Shown here: in pieces, positions 18,052-25,984 of the stretch
How the letters are laid out: every line of letters starts with the position of its first letter
Numbering within the stretch: the first letter of the stretch is position 1
IMG/VR virus record: IMGVR_UViG_3300033485_000050
Span: 1-35,424 of that record
DNA length: 35,424 nt
Source of the DNA: a virus
Lineage: Duplodnaviria; Caudoviricetes
Reading direction: 5' to 3' (one strand)
The notes under the pieces: generated by a model
Database searches by the model: none
What the model saw: the letters and a program-made list of their open reading frames with translations, nothing else
What the model was told of the DNA's origin: nothing
Made by a program: the position numbers and the translations under genes

Positions 18052-20049
18052 TTATTGTGGCATTGGTCCTGGCATAGGAGGTGGTCCTGGAGGAGCGCCC
18101 ATATCCATCGGAGGAATTGGAGCCCCAGGAGGAGGCATCATCATATCAGGTGGTGGAGGACCCATATCTGGAGGTGGACCCATTTCCGGTCCAGGTGGAG
18201 GTCCTTGTAATCTTTGTTGTAACTCAATACAATCATTAATAAATTGTCTTACTAACTCAAGCCTATCCTCTGGACAAGACTCTACTTGTAATTGTGTATA
18301 GATGGTTTGTGAAATATCAATGGCTAAACCTAAATTCATATAAGGTTCTGGGCTATGATAAGTACCATCTTCTACCATTTCAGAGATCCATTTTTCAACT
18401 AATCTTAAAGAAGAGGTTTGTCTATTAACTTCTCCTTCTAAATCAGGATCAAGATTAAGCAAGGTCATACCAGTTTCTTTAGTAATCCATCCTTTATCAA
18501 TATATTCGGAAATCGTTTCGATTCTGCCGGCAAGAGAATCTGGTAATTGAGAAGTAGGAAAACATTGTACATCATATGGAGCATCCAAATCAACATCTTT
18601 CCATCTGATTTCATGTAACATTTTTTTCTCTACCAAAGAAACTTTAAGATCAGGATTCTTGGCGTATAAATCTTTTGACATATCCACCATTATTTTGGCG
18701 ATATCCATAAACCAATCCTCCCATCGTAAGGCAACCATAGCAAATCTAGAAGCTTCAATATCTTGAACTGTTCTAATAGCTACGTTAGAATCTACTCCTT
18801 TTGGTTTTTGACCAGAAGCAGCAGTTTCAGTAATACCTACAATTTGATAAGCTTTATCAATTAACCATTGTAAATGTCGATATATTTCCGCATTTTGAGC
18901 GGTCGGAGTTAACCAAGTTGGAGGTTGGGCGCCGCTATAACTTACCATTCTAGCAATAGTGTTGTTTAACAAATGATCTGTGGCTACTTTAGCTCCATCT
19001 GGTACGAAGACCATTGGTACGGCAGCTAATTCAATAGAGCGTTGAATAGTGGTAAGAAGTTTATTAATTTCTGTTTGAATAGAAAGCAATTCTTCAGCAA
19101 TTCCTCTTCCTTGATATCCAAGTGGTTTTTGCATCCAGCGGAAAGGAACAATTGGAAAATAATCCTTTTTGTATTCTTCGGCAAATAAAGTTCCAGAAGA
19201 AATGCTAATGCAATGTCTGCCATCTTCAGAATCCGGAGATGATGGTAAATGCCATGATTCTGTCACTCTAACCAAATCAGTAGTAGAGGAGAGTGTTATT
19301 TTGCCCATGAATTGAGCTTGAGCTTCATCAATAATTTGCTCTTTATCTGGAAATCTTGCTCTAAGTACATCTCTGGAAAATAATCTAACTTGATGCATGG
19401 AACGTGGTTTTTGATACATACCGTCCAACTCATCTACAATAACTTCACCAATAGCACACCATTCAGTTTTAATTTGATCATCTTCTTCAAAAATCTTTAA
19501 GAATCCAGTGCCTACTACTCCTGCATCGCGGAAAACAGATTCACAATTTTTATACACGCCAGCTTGTTTGAATAAACCAGCCATATATTTGGTTAGTTTG
19601 GTGGCTCTTAATTTTAAGAAATAATCATTAGAACCAGTAGTCACGAAAGTAATCTTAGGTTGATCTTTAGCAATCTTAGCTGCGCAAGTATCAATAATAG
19701 ATTGAATAACATTTAGAGCTACTCTATTATTAGATTGTTGGTTGGAAGCATTTCTTCCACCAAACATTTGAAATGGATAACCCAAGATTTCATAGTTACC
19801 ATACAATCTGGCAAAGATAACTCGAAGGTTCTTTAATAAAGATTGTTGAGATTCAATATCATTAACTGTTTGCTGAACATTTAGATAAAGATCTTCATCA
19901 TTACCCACCCACCAATAAGCATTGGCTTTATTTTTGGTTCTGACACGAATCTTTTTAACATCGTCCTTAGAAGCATGAACGAATTCTTTAGAATCACGAA
20001 AAACTTTTTGTTCTTTATCTTTTTTAGATTTGGCTTGTTTGTTGACCAT
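18052..20049 (-). CDS. Portal protein (P22-like size) with Pro/Met-rich tail
   Basis: 665 aa after terminase; NVIQSIIDT, DAGVVGTG, FPIVPF..GRGIAE.L...Q..IN, GITETAASG motifs. Confidence 0.9.
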   Translation of the reverse strand: MVNKQAKSKKDKEQKVFRDSKEFVHASKDDVKKIRVRTKNKANAYWWVGNDEDLYLNVQQTVNDIESQQSLLKNLRVIFARLYGNYEILGYPFQMFGGRNASNQQSNNRVALNVIQSIIDTCAAKIAKDQPKITFVTTGSNDYFLKLRATKLTKYMAGLFKQAGVYKNCESVFRDAGVVGTGFLKIFEEDDQIKTEWCAIGEVIVDELDGMYQKPRSMHQVRLFSRDVLRARFPDKEQIIDEAQAQFMGKITLSSTTDLVRVTESWHLPSSPDSEDGRHCISISSGTLFAEEYKKDYFPIVPFRWMQKPLGYQGRGIAEELLSIQTEINKLLTTIQRSIELAAVPMVFVPDGAKVATDHLLNNTIARMVSYSGAQPPTWLTPTAQNAEIYRHLQWLIDKAYQIVGITETAASGQKPKGVDSNVAIRTVQDIEASRFAMVALRWEDWFMDIAKIMVDMSKDLYAKNPDLKVSLVEKKMLHEIRWKDVDLDAPYDVQCFPTSQLPDSLAGRIETISEYIDKGWITKETGMTLLNLDPDLEGEVNRQTSSLRLVEKWISEMVEDGTYHSPEPYMNLGLAIDISQTIYTQLQVESCPEDRLELVRQFINDCIELQQRLQGPPPGPEMGPPPDMGPPPPDMMMPPPGAPIPPMDMGAPPGPPPMPGPMPQ

Positions 20050-20058
20050 GGTTTACCT

Positions 20059-20298
20059 TTATTTCTTTTTTATATTCATGGAGGCAGCCAACATCTCTTG
20101 CAACTCTATAGGCATAGGTGCGGCTGAATAAAATAATGGATCTTCTTGGAAGGATGCTTTATTATCACTAGTTGGTAGTACTTCATAATGATTCTTCTGG
20201 AGCTCCAAATCTCCTATCTTTAAAGCATTTAGTTTATTCTTGACGAATAATTCTATTATTTCTTTCATTTCAGGAAAAGTTAATTTTACATTGTTCAT
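20059..20298 (-). CDS. Hypothetical protein
   Basis: 79 aa tightly packed between terminase and portal; RBS GAGGA. Confidence 0.6.
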   Translation of the reverse strand: MNNVKLTFPEMKEIIELFVKNKLNALKIGDLELQKNHYEVLPTSDNKASFQEDPLFYSAAPMPIELQEMLAASMNIKKK

Positions 20299-20301
20299 AT
20301 A

Positions 20302-21732
20302 TTATTCCTCATTATAGTTAACTTCCATTGAAGTATTTTGTTTATTTAAACTCTTCCAGTGTTGTTCTAATAATCTTCTTCTTAATTCTTCTTCATTATT
20401 AGGATTAATCACTGGTTTTACTTCATACCAATAATGTCTACTGTGTGTAAAGCCATACAATAAAGCATCTGTTAAATGATTTTCTTTGGTAGCATTTTCT
20501 TTATGTTTACCAAGTAGTAAAGCTCTTTCATTCCAAATTAAAGTTTCTAATTCTTCAATTAATGGCTGATTAGTAGGTTGTAAAATTTGTATTTTGCCAG
20601 TTTGAAAATCAGAATTCATTAAATGAATATGAGCTTCTTTGCCGCGCTTATCGGCAGCCAATAAAGGCAAACCGTGAATGATTCTAATTTCTTCTACTAA
20701 TTGTAAGTTAGCCGCATCTACTACTATATTTCTAAAATTATATTTAGACATGTAAGCTTTGATTTGCTCAGCTACCGCAGTAACAGTTAGTTGAGATTGT
20801 TTGAAAGATTCTAATACATACATTTTACTATCAAATGATCTATTATAAACAGAAACTACAAAAGCAGTTGCGTCATTCCAACCAAAATCGATAGATAAAA
20901 GGTAAATGACATCTCCAATAAATACTTGAGTAGGTATACTATTGATATAATTAAGCTCTTTGGTAGATTTATATACTCTGGCACTTTCTTCAATTACCCA
21001 TTCGCCCAACCATTCTTGTCTAAAAGATGAAGTATTGACAATCAAAGGATCTGCGGCTAAACGTTCATCTAATTGTTTTTGAACTCCTTCTCTAACAAAT
21101 GGATTGTTCTTCCAGCTCCACTGAAAATCTTTCCAAGTTCCATTTTGATTTTTTGGATCATTGATTTGCCACCAATAATGAAGACCCATTTGATTTCCTG
21201 GCGTACCAATCATACATAGTGTTCCATCAAGATCTGCTAAAGTAGGAAGGATAACTGACTCTACTAATTCTCTTAAATCTTGTGTAAATGATTGGCATTC
21301 ATCTACCACGGCGATTCTATATTTTTGCCCTCTAAGTTTATTCTTTTCTTTAAAAGTGGCGTCGGCGCCAGTTAGCTGAATAACAGAGCCATTAGAGAAC
21401 TTAATTTGTAATCCAACTAATTGTGCTGGCACATTATATTTAAGAATAACGTTTTCGAAAATATCCATCCACATGGTTTGTTTAGCGGTTTCTTTAGTTA
21501 ATCCTACATAAACATATTTAGAACGAGGATTAGAGAGAGCTTCGTTAACCATGTATAGACCAACGGTGGTTGATTTACCAGAACGTCTAGTCAAACAAAG
21601 TTTCTTTCTTTTGGACGGATCTTTAATGAAAGCTAATTGTTCCGCAAAACATTCCGATAAAACATTAATTGGAGGAGCTGCGCGTTTGGTTAGCTCTTTC
21701 TTCATTAATTTAGCCGCCAAAACTTGATTCAT
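20302..21732 (-). CDS. terL: Terminase large subunit
   Basis: Walker A RRSGKST, Walker B AVVDECQ, coupling motif IGTP, RNase H-like nuclease SIDFGWND...NHLTDALLY. Confidence 0.96.
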   Translation of the reverse strand: MNQVLAAKLMKKELTKRAAPPINVLSECFAEQLAFIKDPSKRKKLCLTRRSGKSTTVGLYMVNEALSNPRSKYVYVGLTKETAKQTMWMDIFENVILKYNVPAQLVGLQIKFSNGSVIQLTGADATFKEKNKLRGQKYRIAVVDECQSFTQDLRELVESVILPTLADLDGTLCMIGTPGNQMGLHYWWQINDPKNQNGTWKDFQWSWKNNPFVREGVQKQLDERLAADPLIVNTSSFRQEWLGEWVIEESARVYKSTKELNYINSIPTQVFIGDVIYLLSIDFGWNDATAFVVSVYNRSFDSKMYVLESFKQSQLTVTAVAEQIKAYMSKYNFRNIVVDAANLQLVEEIRIIHGLPLLAADKRGKEAHIHLMNSDFQTGKIQILQPTNQPLIEELETLIWNERALLLGKHKENATKENHLTDALLYGFTHSRHYWYEVKPVINPNNEEELRRRLLEQHWKSLNKQNTSMEVNYNEE

Positions 21733-22193
21733 ATTGATCCTCTCAAATCATCAATAACGCTTGGATCATATAAAATACCATAACGTTTTTTCAATTCAGG
21801 CAACAAAACAAATGGAGAGGTAATAACTAATATTGGATCGCCATTTTGAACATAATCTGTTAATAATCCTTTAGCTATTCCTAATCTTCTATATAATGGT
21901 TTGGTGTGCGCCCAATGAACATATAAAGTCTTCATTTTAAAATTAGGCTGCATAACTAGGTAACCAGCAATATTATCCGCATCATTATCCAAATGCGCTA
22001 CTTTTACTATGGATTTAGAAAGTATATTATTGATTAAGGCTTTTTGTCTAGGAAAAAAAATGGAGTTAGAAATAAAATTATCATACTTAATCTTGTGCGC
22101 TTCATTAGACCATGAGGCAAGAATAAATGCATAATCTTCTGGTTTACCATCTCTAATAGTAAATGGTTGGTCTGCTGGAATTCCGTAATTCAT
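21729..22193 (-). CDS. GNAT-family acetyltransferase
   Basis: IRDGKPEDY N-terminus; motif A YVHWAHTKPLYRRLGIAKGLL. Confidence 0.8.
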   Translation of the reverse strand: MNYGIPADQPFTIRDGKPEDYAFILASWSNEAHKIKYDNFISNSIFFPRQKALINNILSKSIVKVAHLDNDADNIAGYLVMQPNFKMKTLYVHWAHTKPLYRRLGIAKGLLTDYVQNGDPILVITSPFVLLPELKKRYGILYDPSVIDDLRGSI

Positions 22194-22195
22194 AA

Positions 22196-22498
22196 TTAAG
22201 CGACCTTCTTATTATCATTACCAAGCATAGCTTCAAGCTCTTGAGTAGACATCGCCTTTAACTCTTTCTTGACAAGTTCTACTTCGGCAATATAATCTTT
22301 CTTAACTTCTCTTAGAGTAGCAATATATGAAATAAGCAATTTAGATTCGGCATCGGTTAAGCCGCGCTCTTCTGATAATTTGGCTAATATATTTAATTCT
22401 CTTTGAATAACCTCAATACCCACACCCATAATAACTGGTATAGTATCAAAATCAAAAATAGTAGATTTTTTAGTCTTTTTCATCGTAATTACCTTCAT
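22196..22498 (-). CDS. Putative terminase small subunit
   Basis: ~100-aa helical protein at the head of the packaging operon; C-terminal LKAMSTQELEAML; mainly a positional call. Confidence 0.45.
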   Translation of the reverse strand: MKVITMKKTKKSTIFDFDTIPVIMGVGIEVIQRELNILAKLSEERGLTDAESKLLISYIATLREVKKDYIAEVELVKKELKAMSTQELEAMLGNDNKKVA

Positions 22499-22554
22499 AT
22501 ATGCAAACCAAGAAGTATTTAATTATCTCAACTCGGAGATATTATTAGTATTTA

Positions 22555-22573
22555 TATATCACATTATTAATAG
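22555..22573 (-). promoter_or_regulatory. Repeated late-promoter-like motif upstream of packaging operon
   Basis: CTATTAATAATGTGATATA; weaker copy TTATCAATATAATGATACT at 22645-22663. Confidence 0.5.
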
Positions 22574-22665
22574 GATTTTCTTTTTAAATCTCCAACAAAC
22601 CATATACTAACATTATAATCTTTAGCTATTTCTTTATACTTTCTAGTATCATTATATTGATAATT

Positions 22666-22899
22666 TTAATTGAGCGAATTTAACCAGACGCCTATTTTAT
22701 AATACAATTCTTCCTCTTCTTCTGGAGTTATTTTACGTTGAACTAACTCATCAGGATCTAGAAGATCAGGAAGAAGTCCTTCGCCAGCAATAACAATACT
22801 AGCTAAATAATCATAATATACTTGTTTTACTTGTCTTTTCTTTTCAGAAACTGGATCTAAAAATGTCATTTCCATATCTTCAAACAATTCATTAGACAT
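22666..22899 (-). CDS. Hypothetical acidic protein
   Basis: 77 aa with RBS AAGGAG. Confidence 0.65.
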   Translation of the reverse strand: MSNELFEDMEMTFLDPVSEKKRQVKQVYYDYLASIVIAGEGLLPDLLDPDELVQRKITPEEEEELYYKIGVWLNSLN

Positions 22900-22939
22900 A
22901 AAGAACTCCTTCCAAAATATACCTTCTTATTACTGAAAC

Positions 22940-22983
22940 AATAAAACCTCTCCGATTATTTATCTCTATAGAGAGGTTTTATT
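22940..22983. terminator. Probable (bidirectional) intrinsic terminator
   Basis: 13-bp inverted repeat AATAAAACCTCTC/GAGAGGTTTTATT just after the stop at 22986. Confidence 0.65.
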
Positions 22984-22985
22984 TC

Positions 22986-23186
22986 TTATTGTTGTGAATT
23001 AGACAGAGCAGTTTGAACTAACTCTAATAATAATGAATTCATACTAAGATGATATGGTAGATTTTCATTCTTATCTTCTAAAACTGTTAGTAATTTAGTT
23101 CTTAATTCTACCGGAATTCTAAATTGTACTGATGTCCATTTTCCTACTTCATGCTTGCGCGGTCTGCCCGGACTTTTCTTGGTCAT
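22986..23186 (-). CDS. AT-hook plus ribbon-helix-helix DNA-binding protein
   Basis: KKSPGRPRK AT-hook; VQFRIPVELRTKL...SMNSLLLELVQTAL Arc-like RHH. Confidence 0.75.
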   Translation of the reverse strand: MTKKSPGRPRKHEVGKWTSVQFRIPVELRTKLLTVLEDKNENLPYHLSMNSLLLELVQTALSNSQQ

Positions 23187-23283
23187 TATTTTGTACCTTT
23201 CTCTTATCGAAATGATTTTTCATCATCTTTATCCATAGGATGACCATCACACTCTGACTTAAAATCGCTAGATAAGTTAACAT
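23149..23283 (-). CDS. Small membrane-anchored protein (44 aa; not in ORF track)
   Basis: Strong RBS AGGAGG; MLTYLAILSQSVMVILWIKMMKNHFDKRKVQNNDQEKSGQTAQA. Confidence 0.55.
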   Translation of the reverse strand: MLTYLAILSQSVMVILWIKMMKNHFDKRKVQNNDQEKSGQTAQA

Positions 23284-23320
23284 TCTATCCTCCTTTTAAT
23301 ATATCTAAATAATAGTATAT

Positions 23321-23722
23321 TTACATTATTATAGATAATTGAGATAATAATTCTTTTGCTTTTGGATCGTTGAGAAGTTTCTTTTTTAGTTTCTTAAAGA
23401 TGCCGCCTTGATGTTGGTAGCGGGCTATTTTATTAACATAACCAATATTACCATATAGAGCTTTACAAATACTTGACTGATGAACGTTTATTTTCTTGGC
23501 AATTTCGGCTTGAGTTAAGCCTTGACGATGATAATTATAAATGGTTAATTGATTAGGTGTTAAATGAGACTTGGCTGTTTGTTCAATTAATTCCACTAAT
23601 TGATCTATGATCAATAATCTTTCTTGTTCTTCTTGAGATGATGTTTCTTTTTGATCGAAAAACTCGGAAGAGACTGGTATTTCTAGAATTCTATATTGAT
23701 ATTTTGAAGATCTGGATTCCAT
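23321..23722 (-). CDS. Sigma-70 region 4-like HTH regulator
   Basis: LTPNQLTIYNYHRQGLTQAEIAKKINVHQSSICKAL; start moved to ATG 23722 with GAGG RBS. Confidence 0.8.
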   Translation of the reverse strand: MESRSSKYQYRILEIPVSSEFFDQKETSSQEEQERLLIIDQLVELIEQTAKSHLTPNQLTIYNYHRQGLTQAEIAKKINVHQSSICKALYGNIGYVNKIARYQHQGGIFKKLKKKLLNDPKAKELLSQLSIIM

Positions 23723-23736
23723 ATTTACCTCTAAAT

Positions 23737-23776
23737 AAAAAAACCTCACTGCGAGAGGAAAAAAGCAGTGAGGTTT
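23737..23776 (-). terminator. Intrinsic terminator after the tRNA
   Basis: 12-bp stem AAACCTCACTGC/GCAGTGAGGTTT with T-tract on the minus strand. Confidence 0.8.
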
Positions 23777-23785
23777 AATTTTTTA

Positions 23786-23860
23786 TGGAGCGATCATTCA
23801 GAATTGAACTGAATTCTTCAGCTTGGAAGGCTGAGGCACACCCAAATATACCATGGTCGC
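23786..23860 (-). tRNA. tRNA-Gly(TCC)
   Basis: Cloverleaf: acceptor GCGACCA/TGATCGC (one C-A mismatch), anticodon arm TCAGC-CTTCCAA-GCTGA, T arm TTCAG-TTCAATT-CTGAA, U73, encoded CCA. Confidence 0.93.
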
Positions 23861-23896
23861 AAAAGCAGAGAATTTTGTATTTATTAAGGAGACATC

Positions 23897-24034
23897 ATGA
23901 GTTTTTCTTATCTCTGCTGGCTGGGTGACTCCGGTACGATCGGAGATTGAAACATTCAAAGTGTTTGAGTTTGCCAGTTAACTTATCACCCAATGAGCCC
24001 CTTGCGGGGCAAAAAGAAACAATGAACAACTCAT
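23897..24034 (-). ncRNA. Candidate structured ncRNA (~138 nt), unknown class
   Basis: ~19-bp closing helix with G-U pairs, GCCCC-GCAA-GGGGC hairpin, TGGGTGA/TCACCCA helix, CTCCG/CGGAG hairpin, CTGGC/GCCAG pseudoknot; begins just after a promoter-like motif. Confidence 0.6.
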
Positions 24035-24038
24035 AAAT

Positions 24039-24057
24039 AATATAACAATATTGGTAG
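24039..24057 (-). promoter_or_regulatory. Repeated promoter motif driving the ncRNA-tRNA unit
   Basis: CTACCAATATTGTTATATT (TG-n-TATATT extended -10). Confidence 0.6.
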
Positions 24058-24073
24058 AAGTTATTACTAAATG

Positions 24074-24106
24074 AAAAATCCACCATTAGGTAAGTAATGG
24101 TGGATT
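24074..24106 (-). terminator. Intrinsic terminator after the helicase gene
   Basis: 12-bp stem AATCCACCATTA/TAATGGTGGATT plus T-tract. Confidence 0.75.
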
Positions 24107-24160
24107 GATATGAAAAGTATAAATGTCAAAATCAGCAACAGCGCTGACTAGAATTATATA

Positions 24161-25588
24161 TCAGTTCCAGGCAGAAGCGATTTCCGCTTCTTGTTTTTTA
24201 GAATTAGAAGGTCTAATATAAATGGTACAGTCTTTGTTTGGTCCAGAAGTAGCTTTTATTTTTTTCCAATTTAAACTATCCATTATTTTAGCTACCGTCT
24301 TAGAGTGGGCTCTAATGTCAAATTGTTTAGCAATCTTATTAATTTCTGCCGATGATAAAATTGCATCCTCGGTAGAGTTTAAATGCTGTAGTACATAATC
24401 TTTAAGAGGATCATCTGCTTGGAAATGACCATTAGATTCTTCTAACATTTCTCTTTCTTCAGAGGTTAATACCCAACTCTCTCCTGTCATAAAAGCTTGA
24501 TAAGCTTCTGACCATAATTCTTCTTTGATTGATTTTAATAAATCAATATCCATGTTATCCGCCACTTCGACACACCAGAATCTACGATTGCCTGTAGTGT
24601 CATGTAAAATATCAAGATGGTTAGTGGAGCCGCCAAAGACCATCATACGAGGCATAGAGACAGCCAAGTTTTCATATTTAGGAACATAAGTATCATGAGT
24701 CTCAGTTAAATATTGTTTAGCATCTTCTAATTCAGCTTTGCCAATAGCAGCCAATTCTCCGAACTCAATAATAAACTTACCTTGATATGTTTGAGAGGCT
24801 TTTTGAGTATTACTGATATCCACGTTTGAACCACAGTAATATTCTTCCTTTGGATTAATATTCTTGAAGAAAGAAGTCTTTCCGGCACCTTGCTTGCCGT
24901 AGAAAATTAAAGAACCTTCTACATAAGAACCAGGCTTGATGGCGCGGGCGACACAGCTAATTAACCATTTTCTTCCAAGCACTCTATTGATAGGAGAGTC
25001 CACCACCCCACAGACATTGGTTAACCAATTTTCTAAATGGTTGGTATGACTTATAGGTAGAGAAGTGAAGTAATCGGCAAGAGGATTGAACTTGTTATCG
25101 ATGGCAACTAATCTGATGGCATTATCAATTTCTTTAGTTTTAACGTTGTGACCTTTTAAGAAAACTGTAACCGCACTAGCGATCTTAAGAGTATCATCAG
25201 TGGTCATTGGCTCATTGTTAATGTAAGGTTTTCTTTCAAATTCTGAATATTTGATAGTAGGAAAAAGATGTTGGATAATGATTTTGTAATTTGTTAAGTT
25301 TGGAATAATCTTAACGTTGCCATCTTTGGTGGTGTTAAGTAATAACTCTGGAGAGTAAAATCCATAACTATCTAAACAAGCGGCTTCAACATTAGAGCCT
25401 GTTGTCTTTGGCGCGACAACTGAGACTTCGTGAGAGGTAATGTTTCTTCCAAAATGCTCTCCAATCATGGATAATAAGGAACGATAATCATCTTTGCTAA
25501 GACCGGCAGCCTGTCTTACTAAATACTCTTGCGCTGCTCTGAGAGAATTTGTTTTAATTGCGCTGTCAAAAATGTGTGCTATATTCAT
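24161..25588 (-). CDS. VirE/VapE-family (SF3-like) replicative helicase
   Basis: FNPLADYF, CVARAIKPG, Walker A GKQGAGKT, IIEFGEL, FGGSTN, DTTGNRRFW; C-terminal winged-helix-like region; no primase domain recognised. Confidence 0.9.
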   Translation of the reverse strand: MNIAHIFDSAIKTNSLRAAQEYLVRQAAGLSKDDYRSLLSMIGEHFGRNITSHEVSVVAPKTTGSNVEAACLDSYGFYSPELLLNTTKDGNVKIIPNLTNYKIIIQHLFPTIKYSEFERKPYINNEPMTTDDTLKIASAVTVFLKGHNVKTKEIDNAIRLVAIDNKFNPLADYFTSLPISHTNHLENWLTNVCGVVDSPINRVLGRKWLISCVARAIKPGSYVEGSLIFYGKQGAGKTSFFKNINPKEEYYCGSNVDISNTQKASQTYQGKFIIEFGELAAIGKAELEDAKQYLTETHDTYVPKYENLAVSMPRMMVFGGSTNHLDILHDTTGNRRFWCVEVADNMDIDLLKSIKEELWSEAYQAFMTGESWVLTSEEREMLEESNGHFQADDPLKDYVLQHLNSTEDAILSSAEINKIAKQFDIRAHSKTVAKIMDSLNWKKIKATSGPNKDCTIYIRPSNSKKQEAEIASAWN

Positions 25589-25661
25589 CGTAACTCCTGT
25601 TTGTGTGTGTTTTCTATTATTAATTATGCATATTAATCAGGAACTTCCTGTTCCTGTGTGT

Positions 25662-25700
25662 AAGAGAGGTCGGTTGGCGCCGACCTCTCTTTTTTTATTT
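25662..25700 (+). terminator. Strong hairpin between RHH and helicase genes, with T-tract on the antisense (+) strand
   Basis: 12-bp stem AAGAGAGGTCGG/CCGACCTCTCTT followed by TTTTTATTT on +; poor U-tract on -. Confidence 0.7.
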
Positions 25701-25874
25701 TGATTCTTCTGGTTGAAATACCTCTTTCAACTCAACCATTCCTTTTTTGATACACATTCTGATAAATTCAGACTTGCTAATTGCTACCTTGGTAGCTGTA
25801 ATCATATCAACATGCGCCGCATCAATCTCGGCAATGAATTCTTCTGAAAATCTAAAGTTAACTAATTTACTCAT
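25695..25874 (-). CDS. CopG/Arc-like ribbon-helix-helix repressor (59 aa; not in ORF track)
   Basis: MSKLVNFRFSEEFIAEIDAAHVDMITATKVAISKSEFIRMCIKKGMVELKEVFQPEESK; RBS GAGGAG; TATAAT at 25905-25910. Confidence 0.85.
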   Translation of the reverse strand: MSKLVNFRFSEEFIAEIDAAHVDMITATKVAISKSEFIRMCIKKGMVELKEVFQPEESK

Positions 25875-25984
25875 TATATTCTCCTCTTTACTGTCTTTAC
25901 ATATATTATATCCATTTATTACCAGATTGAGTTAGAAAAATTATACTCTATATTAAAAATAAATAGAAAGTAATCATTTTCATT

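Noticed and set aside
23786-23860. tRNA as attP or prophage boundary
   Set aside because: No integrase or recombinase recognised, no duplicated tRNA 3' end and no host genes in the window
23885-23950. Plus-strand 17-aa ORF (MSFSYLCWLGDSGTIGD) with TAAGGAG RBS, and the 63-aa minus ORF 23895..24086
   Set aside because: Both overlap the structured RNA candidate. G-U pairs, the GNRA loop, promoter and terminator all favour a minus-strand RNA, and the 63-aa ORF starts inside a terminator hairpin. The 17-mer cannot be fully excluded.
23917-23992. Resemblance to ZTP (pfl) or c-di-GMP-I riboswitches (ACUGGCAAAC, GGAG before the P1 3' strand), or to a retron msr-msd
   Set aside because: No ZTP P3 hairpin, no GEMM tetraloop/receptor pair, no regulated ORF downstream and no reverse transcriptase in the genome
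25747-25935. 62-aa plus-strand hydrophobic ORF
   Set aside because: Antisense shadow of the RHH gene, which has the RBS and a recognisable fold
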